DNA of 64,000 nt from Rhizophagus irregularis (lineage: Eukaryota): assembly GCF_026210795.1 (NCBI RefSeq), contig NC_089429.1, positions 558,001 to 622,000 on the forward strand, given 5' to 3'. The translations under genes were made by a program, and so were the position numbers. The notes below the pieces were generated by a model. That model saw only the letters and a program-made list of their open reading frames with translations. It did not search any database and was not told the origin of the DNA. This document shows positions 37,852-51,115 of this stretch, piece after piece. Position 1 is the stretch's first letter; every line of letters starts with the position of its first letter.

Positions 37852-39672
37852 TCTATCTAATTAAAAAATTTTTGTCATATTTAGATTACCCTGTATAAAT
37901 AATTTGAATTGTGTAACATTGAAAGTGTGCGTTCGATCTATTTCGTAATTATCATATCATAATTATATCATAATTTAAACTAATACATTTACAGTTAATT
38001 AAAATTTTAACTGTATTTTTTTTTATTCTGGTGAATTAATTAAAAGTATAATTTCTCTTATGCATTTATTTGTTGGCTCTCTTAGTTACCACGAACCATT
38101 TCTTTAATAATAATTTTTTTCAGTTTTTACCAAAAAACCGAAACTACCTTTTTAGTCTTTTTTTATTATCATTATTGTTTCTTTTGGTTAACTTAACCAA
38201 AATTTTTTTATTCTTATTGGATTTTTTTTCAGGGGATTTTTTTTTAATCGGAATTTATCAAAATTTTGGATTTTTTTTTAACCCAAAAAATAGGCTATTC
38301 TTTTTTTTTTGGTTTGGGTCAAGACTATAGAACTATGTCCTATGGCTTTTTGTGAGATTTTTTTTAGTTAATGATATTGTTTCTAACCAATAAATTCGTT
38401 TTTTTTTAGTGAGAATTTTTTTGATTATATAGATATTTTGTAATTGAATCAATAAATTTTTTGATAAATCTATATAACTAAAAAACTATATAACTTAAAA
38501 AATTTGTCTGACGTTAGTCTCTGCATAATAATTTGAATTGTGTAACTTGAAATCCATGCCATATAATTAAAACCCGTGACATACCTCCGCCTGATCTATT
38601 TATCCGTGTACATTCCAATCAACTAATATAATTTCATTTTACCTTCAAACTGAAAAAAAATTTTTCTTCCTTTCTTCTTTCGGTTTAGTTTTTTTTTCAA
38701 ACCGAAAATTTGATTTTTCTCATTCTTTTCCCGTTTAGGTTTAATTTTTTTTCCCATTATTTTTTTTTTTCGAATTTATTGCAAAATTTTTTCGATACTT
38801 ATTTTTTTCAGATCCCTTTTTTTGAACCGATTTCTTTCTTTATTCCCCCAAATTTATTTTTAATTTTTTTTTCTTTCAATTTTTTTTAAAAAAATCAATA
38901 ATAACATGTAGAAAGATGATTAAGATTTTCAATTAAATTGAACGCTGGATAAAATAGTTTGATTTTCAAATTCATAAAAATCAAAAAAAAATTGATATTT
39001 TTACAATTAATTAATTGAAGAAATTGTTGATTTAATAATAGACTATTATAACCAAATCCATATCCAAAATTCTCTAAATAATCACCAGATTTTTGATTAA
39101 AAATTTTAATTCAAATGGTTTAGTTAAATTAATAATTTATCGAATAAAATGAGTATCAAAAGAATAATAATAAATGAAATGAACAGATTTCTAATACATT
39201 TAAATGTTCAAATATTTTTCCTAAGTTGGCTATAAGTTTAAGATTGACGTAATAAAAATAAGAAATAATTAATTAATTAATATAAATATTTGTAGTATTT
39301 TCATAATATTTAAGTTTTTTCAAGAATACTTCTAAAAAATTAATCAATTTTTATTGAATAATTATTTTTTCACAATTCCTAATTAATCCGAATTTTCACT
39401 CTACACTCAAACATCAAATCATTAATACATTATTCTAAAAAAAATGTATAAGAAATAGCAACACGAAAATAAAAATAATTTATTATTTATATCATTCTAA
39501 TATTATAAATATAATTTAATACATATGTTTTGTTAAGTAATTATTACAATATTAAATTCCTAATTATAAACAAAAAAACTTCTTTAATTTACTCAGTATT
39601 ACATTATAATACTAAATCTTTCTATTTAAAAAAACTCATTGTTCCTGGCGCGAAGCAATGGGTGACAGCTAG
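37852..39672 (+). mobile_element. Non-autonomous Helitron with more than one 5' end
   Basis: 3' end: imperfect hairpin CATTGTTC..GAAGCAATG then GGTGACAG-CTAG|T at 39669-39673. 5' A|TC starts at 38469 (TCTATATAACTAAAAA) and 37852; internal similarity to the Helitron at 5855-6950 (CGCCTGATCTATT). Confidence 0.7.
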
Positions 39673-40222
39673 TTTACTACATTTTTTTTTATATAATTAA
39701 TCTTACATATTTTTATCAACTAATAAAAATATATCATTATTTATTTTTGTTTTAGGTTTGAATTTGGATCAGATCGATACTATTGGGCCATGGTAGGCGC
39801 CTTTTTTTCAATTTCTTTTTCCTTTAATTATTATTTTTTTTCACTAATATTTTTTTCTCTCAATAAATTTTTTTTTCATTCCTTTGTCTTTTAGGTTCAG
39901 ATTTGGATCATCACTGCGAAATATAAATATAATACATTTAATTTTAATCTAAAAAAAATTTTTTTCACTTGAATACATATAAATGGAATGTTCAAATTAC
40001 ATGTACAATCAACTTGCACTGAATTTTTTGTCTTTAAAATTTTCTCTATCCAATTAATCTGATCAATCTGTATATATTTTTCGTATCCATTTCAATCAAA
40101 AACCTTTCACTTTCAGATAAAATCCTTTTTATTTCATTTTATTAACCGATCATTATTAAATTATTTCATTAATTTATTTTTAAGACCTGTATCAGACCAT
40201 ACATTTTGGGTTTAACAAAATA

Positions 40223-40639
40223 ATGGTGTAGTTAGCCGAAATATTCAGCCGAAGGCGCAGTAAATTTTCGGCTAAACAACACCCAGCCGAAAAAAATTCA
40301 TGTTGATCTTGAATATTTTATTGGTTCAACATCTACTATTTTCGGCTCGGCTAAATACACTTTTTTTTAATAATAGTGTAGTTAGCCGAAATATCCAAAT
40401 AGCAGTCAAGACAAAATTTTATTTATTATAGAAAACAAGTACATAACATTACTATACTTATTTTTGGACAGTGCATTATTTTTAATTAAATAAAACTACA
40501 AAATATTTGTTATTTTTAACTCATTTATTTCTGTCCAATCATACTTCAATATTAGATTTTTTGTAATTTAATTGAAAAAAGTGTATTTAGCCGAAAATTT
40601 ACTGCGCCTTCAGCTGAATTTTTCGGCTAACTACACCAT
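40223..40639. mobile_element. MITE with ~60-bp TIRs, TA-flanked
   Basis: ATGGTGTAGTTAGCCGAAA..GAAGGCGCAGTAAATTTTCGGCTAAA mirrored at 40581-40639; partial internal TIR copy at ~40371. Confidence 0.8.
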
Positions 40640-41274
40640 TATAAAAACATAAAAATACGTTTATAAAAAAAAAATAAAAAACCAAGATTCTTACGAATCT
40701 TGGTTCATAGTCAATATTAAACATTTGTTGATCAAGCTGATGGGAAATTTAAAATTATTTAGAGATAGATAGACTGATAGATCATCTAAATCAATATGTA
40801 TTTTACAGGGGAATTCGTCCCCATTGCTCAATTTCCTGTATTAAAATATTGAAATTAAATCTATAAGTTTGCATTTTACTAGCATTTACAAAAATAATTC
40901 AAAATTTTATTAGTAAATTTTTTTTTTTATTTTTATAAACCAAATTAAAATTTGTTTTTTTTAAAAGACTGAAATTTTTTAATAAATTATTATTATTTTC
41001 AGTTTTTCTAAACTGAATTTTTTTTTGAAATTTTGGTTTCTTAAACCAAAATTTTTTTATTACTTTTTGAACAATTTATCATAATCATGAAAATAGCTTA
41101 CCATGCAATTTAGAAGTTTTATATAATTTATTAATTATTATAAGCATAAATACTTTAAATATATACCCCAATCTAACAATAACATTTATTATTAAGCATA
41201 ATTTAAGAATAATTTAAATATTGTTAACCAAAATGAACATAAAGCATGTCTTAGTATAAAAAATGTTAAATTCG

Positions 41275-42000
41275 AAATTTAGTACAGTTATGAAAAATGC
41301 TATCTTCTTCGCAAGTATTATACCTACACTCGTGAAAGTTAATATATATGTAGTTTCAACCTTGTTGAACAACTTTCAATTAACTAAGAAAGTCGATTTT
41401 CTTTGACTAAAGTGGTAAAATTACGCTCTGAAGATAGGAAACAGAAAAACGTTAGTACCATTATGAAGCGTGATCTCTCCATAAGTACTATTCTCACACT
41501 TCTGAAAATTAGTACACAAGTAGTTTTGAATCCTTCTGAACAGCTTTTAATTAATAAAGGATGCTGATTTCATTTAGCTAAAGTGATGTAATTACGCTCT
41601 AAACTTAGCAAAGAGAAAAAAAGAAAAATTTAGTATTATCATCCCTATAAAAACGAAATGTGTTAAATTTATTTTAAATTCGTGCTCATGTGTAATAAAT
41701 GTCTAAAAAAGCACCATTTTGTTTAATTTTTGTTTTTTTGTAATAAGACATAAATCGGATAAAATGGTGCTTTTTTAGATATTTATTACACATGAGCACA
41801 AATATAAAACAAATTCAACACATTTCGTTTTTATAGGGCATGAAAAATGTGATTAGCATAAAATATTTACTATCTAACCTTATGAAGTTGAGATACGACA
41901 CAAAATGATAGTTTCATTTGGCTAAAGTAGTAAAAGTATGTTCTGAAATTAGCAAATAAAAAAAAAATATCTGAAAGTTAATAATACTATTATAAAAATG
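41275..42000. repeat. Degenerate ~170-bp tandem repeat (3-4 units)
   Basis: AAAGTG..AATTACGCTCT motif at 41409 and 41580, more diverged at 41924. Confidence 0.6.
41643..41838. mobile_element. CMC/CACTA-type MITE (near-complete palindrome)
   Basis: CCCTATAAAAACGAAATGTG...CACATTTCGTTTTTATAGGG; ~78-bp arms; 3-bp TSD CAT. Confidence 0.85.
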
Positions 42001-43205
42001 ATAAATATCACACCTAACTTTATAAAAATTATGATGTAAGATTGAAGTTTATTTAGAAAAAGAAAGTTTTAATTTAAAAAAATTTTTTATATAAAAAAAA
42101 GCTTCATAAATATTGATTGTTTACATATTTGTGAAATGTAATATAAAAGTTAAGATCTGAGACAAAAATTTGGACACATTATTTTCTAAAAGAAATACAT
42201 ATAAATTTAATTAAATATTTAATCTTACAAAATAAAGAAAATGTAAAAAAATTTCATATTGTTTTACTTTTGTTTTCTTTCTAAAAAAAAGAAAAATTTT
42301 TTTATTTGATTCATCTACATATTTGATTTTTTGACGAAAATATATATATATATATTTGAATCTTTTAAGAAATTTATGAGTTTCACTATAGTTATTTACA
42401 ATATAATATGGTAAATAACGAATAAAAAGAATATATACTGTACAATATATTTAAGAAATTTAAAGTCAAAATTGAAATGTGTTATGTCTTTATTGATTTA
42501 TAACTCCAAAAGTGATTTAAATTTATAAATTGATAAAATTTGTTAAATTTATTTAATAGCCGACCCATCTAAAATCGGCACTGTTTTTCGGGGTTAATTA
42601 ACGGTTAAATTTGAGCAAAAATCGCACAATTGTGAGAAAACTACATAATACTAGAGAAGGAAATAACTTATTATATATAATAAAAATCATATGATATACA
42701 GTATGTAAAAAAAATCCAAGGAAAAATAATATGCTAAAATAAATATATTTTTATTATTGAAAAAAAATCAACTTTACATTTCACGCACGTTAGACTACAC
42801 TTTTACATGCGAATTTTGATAACTTTTTATTATATTATTATATATAAATATCGACAAATGGCTTATAGTAATAATCAACCAACTCAAAAAAATATTTATT
42901 AATTATTTGATTGTCAATTCGTTTAAGATTTTACTTTTTTAGCATTTTATGCTCGAGGCGAATTTAACGAAAATTACATAGTTGGCAATAAATTCACAAA
43001 TACTAAAATTGTGATAACTCAATATTTTTAATAAAAATCATATGATATATGTAAAAAAACCAAAGGAAAAAAATAATATGTTAAAATAATTATAACTTTA
43101 CTATGGAAAAAAAATGACTTAACATTGTACGCGCGTTAGCTATATGTATTTTATATGTACGATAGTGCTTAGATGGATCGTCAGCAATCGGGATGACTTT
43201 TTTTT

Positions 43206-44757
43206 TTAAACATTCAAAAGCTGTTTTTTGTTTGACAAAACTGTTAATATTAAGTTAAAAAATAAAATGTTAACATGTGTAAATAATTATTATTTCCTTA
43301 CCTTCATGCCATGTTCATTATATCTATCACCAACAATTTCAATAGAATCAATAATTTTCCTAATTTCTGATACTTCTTCAGGACTAAGATGAATTTTTCC
43401 TGCTTCAAAATTTTCTTCTAAATATTTCATTTTTCTTGTACCAGGAATAGTAACAAATTCATTACCCTATAAAATAAAAAAAAGAAAAAAAATATTAAGA
43501 ATATTATTATATTTATATAATATAATATTTTAAAATATTAAGTATATTAACCTGAGCTATAACCCAAGCAAGACAAAGTTGACCCGCGGTTACGCCTTTC
43601 TTACTACCAAATTCATCGAATTTATGTACAATTTCCAAATTTTTATTGAAATTTTCACCTTGAAAACGTGGAACCGCTCTTCTAAAATCATTTGGTTCGA
43701 AATCATCAAGAGATTTATATTTTCCCTAAAAAAGTAATTTAAAAATTTAGAAATGTTCTTTTTTACATACAAATAATTTTTTGTTTTTATAATTTTTTTT
43801 TTAAAAAAATAGATAATTACTGTTAGAAAGCCGCGTCCGAGTGGACTATAAGCTACTATGGTAACACCTAATTCGCGACAAGCTTCTAAAACTCCATTTG
43901 TCTCAATATCAAGAGTCCAAGGACTATATTCCATCTTAAAAAAAAAATAATAATAATAAATTGTAATGTTGATAATCAATATTCAAATAAAATTTGATAT
44001 TATTACTTGAACTGCGGCAATAGGATGAACTTTGTAAGCATGTCGAAGACTTTCTGCGGAACATTCAGAAAGACCAATATATTTGATTTTTCCTTCTTTA
44101 ACAAGTTCTGCTAAAGCGCCGACAGTGTCTTCAATTGGTCTATAAAAATTTAAAACGAATAGTTAATTTATTAAAAAATTTTCAGTAGGAATAAAAAATT
44201 TCTTTTACTTACGTATCGGGATCTACACGATGTTGATAATAAAGATCGATATAATCTACCCCCAATCTTTTTAAAGAATTGTCACAAGCTTGACGAACAT
44301 ATTCAGGTTTGCCTGATATTTTATATTCGCCATTTGGTCCTTTAGAGAATGCAAACTTTGTACAAAGAAAAACTTCATTACGACGTTCTTTGAGAACTTT
44401 TGAAAGAAGAATTTCATTGGCTCCGGATCCATACATATCCTTTACATTTTTTTTTTAAAAAAAAGCAATACTCCATTATTTATTATTTAAATTAATATTA
44501 AAATCTTGAATTTATTAAAAGAGTTTAAATACAAACAGCAGTATCCCAAAAGGTACATCCTATATCAATTGCTCGATTTAATACTTCAATATTTTCTTGT
44601 TCATTGACTGAACCGTAAAAATCACTCATGCCCTACCAATCAAAATATCAGCATCACGTGATAAGCAAGTAATTTTGAAGTGAGAGCATACCATGCATCC
44701 TAAGCCGATTGCAGGGATTTTTACACCAGTTTTACCAAGTTCACGAAGAAAAGTCAT
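43206..44757 (-). CDS. Aldo-keto reductase, YakC/AKR13-like, multi-exon, intact
   Basis: [66 protein letters not shown]; last exon CTT TTG AAT GTT TAA. Confidence 0.9.
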
Positions 44758-47699
44758 CTCAAAAGAAAGAAAAGGAAGAAAAAACCAAAGAAATAAAATT
44801 TCTTTGAAGCAAATCAATAAAATTCCAAGCGCTTTTTATTACAGATAACTGATAAACTCAAATTTTTAATAAACCGGAATTAATCTGGAAAATCATTTAT
44901 GCGTTTGCGCCAAATTTATTGACAATCGACATGCATGCAAGATTAAAGTTAACCCCTTGACGTAGAGAAAACGTATATTTATTAAATAATAGATACCTCC
45001 TAAGGTTAGTTAATTCTTTTTACTATTCAATAATTTTTTGGTGCACAAAATCTGAATAATTATCATCAGCTTACTAATTCCAAAGAATCATTTATAAATG
45101 AATAATGATAGCAATAATAATTCCCTCGGGATATAATTTCGAAAACTTATTGGTTCTGTTTCACTAGGCTTATTTTTATGATTTGGACTATAACCTTGAT
45201 AACGAATATCCTTCCTAATATGGGGTCTATTTATAAGTTTATATCTTTGTAATACGATAAACACACGGGTAATCGGGAAATTAGGTTGCTCTAAATGGAT
45301 AACCGATTATTAATAGTTTATTAATTTTAGTTACTTTTAGTTACTATACCTTGCTTTATTTAGAATATGTCTAGAACAGGATAATGGAATAATTCTTTAC
45401 TTTTATTTACCATAATTAGACGGAAACAATATACTAAACAATCAACGGGATTAGCTCAGTTTCTTACAGTTAGTTCCTTACATGGGTCCAGAGAAAATCT
45501 CAAAATTAAATTAATATGGTACTTTAACTATCATTTCGCAAGTAATTAAATGATAATCTTTGAACTTTGCAGATCTTTACAGGTATTTTGAGATGTATAA
45601 TATGTTTATAATTAGTTATTAATGCAGATTTACAACGTTCACTAATAATGGACATCCGACGAACAAGAACATCATGGCGGATTTATAAAATATCTTAAAA
45701 TTTGTCCGTCATGTCAAATTAAATAAATATACAGTCTTTTAGTCACCAAATTTCTACTTAAATCCCAAATTTATTAGTGAACAGGCAACAATGAGCTCTA
45801 AAAAAATTTTTTGTACCCTAAATCTTGCGTTTAACCAATTTTCCGTTACCTAACCAATTTTTCCATTGTAAAGGTGCGTCATTATTAGGAAAAAAGCTTA
45901 ATGTTTCTGTAAGTCAATTTTAATTCCCGAGGGCGCAGCAGGGTTTTTGCCAAATTTCGTAAATCCGCCGCAATGAAGTATTAATGTTTTGAAACTATCC
46001 GATTAAATAAGGATTTTGGTTTACTTGGTCCTCCCCTTTCCAGAAACCGGGATATAACGTTCATAATAATAATTTTTTTTCTTTTTTTGTTAGTAATAAC
46101 CCGTATTTTTTTTGTTAGTATTTATAAATATATACATACATAGAATATATAGGATTAAAGTTCATTATAATATATATTTCCGTATTAATTTAATTTGTTT
46201 GGTTATCTATATATTTCAATAAAACGAGGAACTTTCATTTAAGAGTTACATGTGAGGCTATCATGATGACTACATAATATCTAAAGAATATATTTAACAT
46301 AATTATTACATTACTTATTATCTTGCAATGCTGGAATTTGCATTACGAGTATAAATTTATTATTCGGGTGATTTAACACCAACTATTAAAAAAATTCAGC
46401 AAAGGTAACGAATAAAAAAAAAAACTGCTGATTTAAAATTCGTCTAAAAAATAAAAAATAAAAATAAGAATTCAAAATCCACCACATGCAGTAATTTAAA
46501 TTACTTGAGATGATAATATTATTTAATTAGCTGTGAATGATTCTATAAAAAAAAAGAAGTACCTTTCTCGTATCCAACCTTTAAAAGCCTGTGTATTTCC
46601 CAAAAGAGAGAAGACCAAAGCAATAGTAAAAAACAATTAAGACGTGTTTAATGTATACACAACTGACGGACCTTATAATCTGATATCAAAGTATCAAGAT
46701 TATTTGCGTATCATGAGATTTAAATTAATTCTGATCGTGCGTAAATATTATATATTAATATCAGAATTTTAATAATTCTGTTTTATTTTAGTAACGAAAA
46801 TTTTTTTTTTGTTTTACCTCCCGCTTTTATTTAGGTTACCATGTATTCTTTTAACTTTTTTGACTAAATGATTTTGAAAAGATTGTTTCAAGATAAAATT
46901 ACGATAATAATTAAGAAATCTTCATGAATTTATGAATATGAAGTTAATCATCTTATGTATGATAATAGATTCAAATAAGATTTATTTGTATAGAACCTAA
47001 GAAAAATTTGTCTCTGTGAACGTTTTGCAGAAACATCAGTTCAGAAATATTATTTTATAATAATTATTGATAAACAGATGGAATTATAAGAACTCGTCTT
47101 AAATTAGGCGTCACACTTAGACGCAGTTTCTAACGTTTTATCAAGATCATGTACTTTAAAATTACATTCTAAAAAAAACCGTACTTACATAATTTTTGTT
47201 TGTTTGAGTTATATTATACTCCAAGGATAAATATATTCTTTAAAATCATACTTCGTAATAAGGAGATTTTCTATTCCTAGTATAATCGGAAGTATTAATA
47301 TTATTACACATATGACATGTATGCGAAAAAATTCAATTTTTAATTGAATATCTTTATTAATAATAATTATTAATAAAAATTTTTGGACTTGGTAACTGAG
47401 ATCATTGTTACGTCATTTTATAAATATGTACAAAACTTTATGTCACATAGACTAAGCCAAATCCATTGAAACTTTTATTTGTAAGGCTGCATAATAATTA
47501 ATAATAATTTATTGATTTTATTGATTTTTATTGGTTTGCTATTATCTATTTAATATTATAATACATCTTAATACATTCACGAGTTTTTACTAATCATATT
47601 TATAGTTACATTACAATTAGTGATATGAACTTTAAATCAAGAGTCACAAGTCGTCAAGCTGACAAATACACAAATACACAAAAGTCTAAATCTTATATG

Positions 47700-48190
47700 G
47701 TGATCACTGATCAACTAGATGCCCGTAATATCTTAGTCGACAGACTTTGGACGTTCACGTTTACATGGATCGGTTATTGACAAAAAAGAAAAGCATATAG
47801 AATAATGCCTTGCATGGATGCAAAAATTCTTTAAAAGGATCATTCGTATGATTTAACCAAAAAATCCGATATATAAAGCTTAGCGGTATTATTCTGGCAA
47901 TTAACAAGTTGTAAACCACCTTTCGAATCTGAAACAGACAAACACAAACGATGATTATATTAAGCTTTATCAAAGTAAGCATAAAATTAGTAATGATATA
48001 TTTTTGCAACAAAACACATCTAATCTTAATATGAAATATAAATAGGATGTTGGGAATTTGTACCAGATAGATATCTCGGAATAGTTTCTATTCTTAATAG
48101 TATTAGCTCCGAAAAAATAATGCAACTACTAATTTTGAAGTAAGCGAAATAACAAAAGAATTAGAAAACGACAATTTATCATTTCAGATT
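47700..48190 (+). pseudogene. Kinase remnant of a different TKL subfamily
   Basis: Broken frames give LDARNILV, DFGRS, KKSDI*SLAVLFWQLTSCKPPF. Confidence 0.75.
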
Positions 48191-49199
48191 AGAAATTAGT
48201 AGATTTTCATAGTCTCATTCAACATTCTATTTTTATTTTTGTTTCTTTCTTGTATTATGTCAGAATAATAAAAAAACCGTAAATGAATAAACATTTATGT
48301 TTATTGTAATTACTCGAGATTATAGAATGTGAAAGAACATGATTACAACATCAAAACGAATATTACTTTATATGAGGATAACACTTTTATATTAACAGTC
48401 ATACAGGAAAGACTGCTTCAATCCAAAGGGATTTTTCCGAACGTCTGATTCATCTAATACATGTGAATACGTAAACAAAAATCGTTGCAGAAAATGATGG
48501 TCGTACGTCAATTACTCCAGTGTTGATCAACAAAATAAATATTTTATAGTAAGCAACCATTAGTAATGTGAAACTTGCAGCTGGCGGATTTAGCGCAACG
48601 TTCTATTTTTCAGTGTAACTGGGCAGAGCCTACATATACCATCATCCTCTGTTACATTTCTTATTAAACGTATAACTTCTACGCCAGTCAGTGGCCACAT
48701 TCAACTTAAAATGATTTATCGAATTTCCATCAACTTAATATTAGACACTATTTATCCCGCAGTAATGTCCACAGCTATCCCAGCCGCAGCATTATCTGTT
48801 GGAAAACAAGACCGTGACCTATTATGATAATGTCTCAAATGTTCGGTCTTATACGGTTCACATACTTAGATTCACTTCACGAGTTCAGTTCACGTAGTAG
48901 CAATTAAGTGTGGACTTGCCAGTTTCAGTAAAATAGCTAAAGCTACTAATAGTTGTTGTGTGTTTACGTACATACTGACTAGTCAAATATGGTTAATCAC
49001 ACGACACTCATCTGGCAGAAAAATTACGTAACCTTGTTTTTTAATAAATACACTGAATCAAAATCTAATGAATGTAATGAGTTGTACTGATTAATTTAAT
49101 ATGATTAAGTGTAAAGATAATTGGTATAAAAAACCTGAAAAAATTAAGAAATTCTAAATTTCTCTCTATATTTTTCTCTCTATATTTCTAACTATAAGA

Positions 49200-49739
49200 A
49201 TGTTCAGAACCATTTTTAACCGCTACTCACGTCGCTTAATTCCAAAGTCCCCTGGTGGTGCGTCTTTCATATAACTTTGTTTTATTATGATTTTATAATG
49301 TTCATTTTTTTCATTTTTTTATTTAGGACTTATAAATACTTCTCTTGGTGCTACCGACATTGGTTCCGGCAGTAAACCTCATACGTGACCTTTTATTTTT
49401 TTTATCTGTTGTGTTTTTATAATGATCATCATTTTACTTATCTATTTAGAGTCCAAAACCTCCCTTGAAAACATGCTCCTCGAATCTCCTCAATGGGAGA
49501 ATAAAGTAGAGTTCACTTTAAAAGAATTGGTTTTACACAATATCAACCAACGTCAAAATGACTTAATTGAACACAGGATAACTAAAGCTGAAAATAAATT
49601 TCTTTTCACCACCATTTGCGCCACTTGCTCAATTATTTGTACCATTCTCTCAGAAAGATATTTTGCTGGAAAGTCCTACGATACTGATAACAAGATTGCT
49701 GATGTTTCAGGAAAAAAGGATACGGACAAAAAGAAATAA
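49200..49739 (+). CDS. Small 3-exon gene (~133 aa), putative mitochondrial membrane protein; intron-2 donor mutated (possible pseudogene)
   Basis: Exons 49200-49257, 49327-49380 and 49450-49739 splice in frame; Arg-rich, acid-free N-terminus; hydrophobic FLFTTICATCSIICTIL. Donor reads ATACGT where both paralogues have GTAC. Confidence 0.55.
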
Positions 49740-50077
49740 TTCCTTTTTACATTTAGGATAAAGAATGTTCATCGTAAAGATGAGTTTTTTTACTTTAATG
49801 CCCTTATAATAATATTATGATTTCATTCACAATAGCTTATATCTTAAATAATATAATTTCTTTGCGATTCATATCTATTAAATAGTATGATTTCTTTGCG
49901 ATTTAGAGTCAAAAGAGTTAGTTGAAGGATTTGTCAATGGATTAATAAATTACATAGTTTAAAAAATGAATTTAAAACATCACTTATTTTTAACTGTTGA
50001 GATTACAACTTTTTTGAATTACAGAAAGTCACAAAAAAAACACACTGAAAGGAAAATAGGAAGCTTGCATAATAATA

Positions 50078-50257
50078 CCCTGTAAAAAATCTGATCCGTG
50101 TTTTATCTTTCCATGTTTTTTCCGTGAATGTATCATTTTCATGGAATTTAAAATGGAAATTTTCATCTCGCTAACAGTGAATGTATCATTTTCACGGAAT
50201 TTTTACGGAAGAACCGGAGAAATTATGGAAATATTCGGATAAAAATTTTTTATAGGG
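50078..50257. mobile_element. CMC/CACTA-type MITE
   Basis: CCCTGTAAAAAAT...ATTTTTTATAGGG; 3-bp TSD ATA; internal TTCCATG/CACGGAA repeats. Confidence 0.75.
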
Positions 50258-51115
50258 ATAGTTGCTTTTTACTTATTTAAAAGTAATAAAGTGAGTGTTT
50301 GATAATTATTTGAAATCGTTCAGTGTAACGACTATAATGAATTTGCTTTTCTTCTTGATAAAACACGTTTTATATATTTATTCCTATTATCTGACGTATT
50401 AGAGTAAGTTTTATTATATAAAATGATTACATGTTTTTCAATAATAAAAAAAAGAATAAATCAAATAAAAGTGGTATGATTTGTGAGTTTATTTTTTTTT
50501 AATGAGATCTGTCTAATAATTACATTTTCTATTATTAGCATTAGATATTATTTATATCGATTATTAAATATTTTTTTTTGATTAAACAACTATTAAAAAA
50601 ATCAAAGAAATTATGTTTTTAATTAAGAATTCATAAATCTAATCATTTTGTTGTATTTTTTTTTATTAATATTTATTTTATATTATGTTATATTATACAA
50701 ACAATCATAAATGAAGTTATGGATTTTACTTTATTTGTTAAGTTGTTTAATAAAACCCTAATGGTTTCAATTTTATATATATAAATTATATAAATCTTCT
50801 ATTTAAAAAATAAAAACTCCCACTTACTTTACGTTTACTGTTGACTTTTTTTTTATTTACATTTTACAGTAAACTTACTTAGTTAATGATTTATTATTAA
50901 TTTTAGATAATTTAATATGACCAAATAAAAACATTTTATTAAAATGCTAATCTTCGATTTCTTTCAGATATGAATAAATTGATAAATATGAGCCTTACTA
51001 CCGTTAAATATCCAGAATAAAATCCTTAAGTTCAAAATAAAATAAGAGTAAATTATATCTAATATCTGTTATGTTTTTTTATATACTAAATATTTTCATT
51101 TAAAGTAAAATGTGT

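Noticed and set aside
37588..38330. Phe-rich ORFs
   Set aside because: T-tract artefacts in Helitron-related DNA.
42680..43143. ~110-bp direct repeat downstream of the AKR
   Set aside because: Visible but looks like an ordinary local duplication with no element hallmarks.
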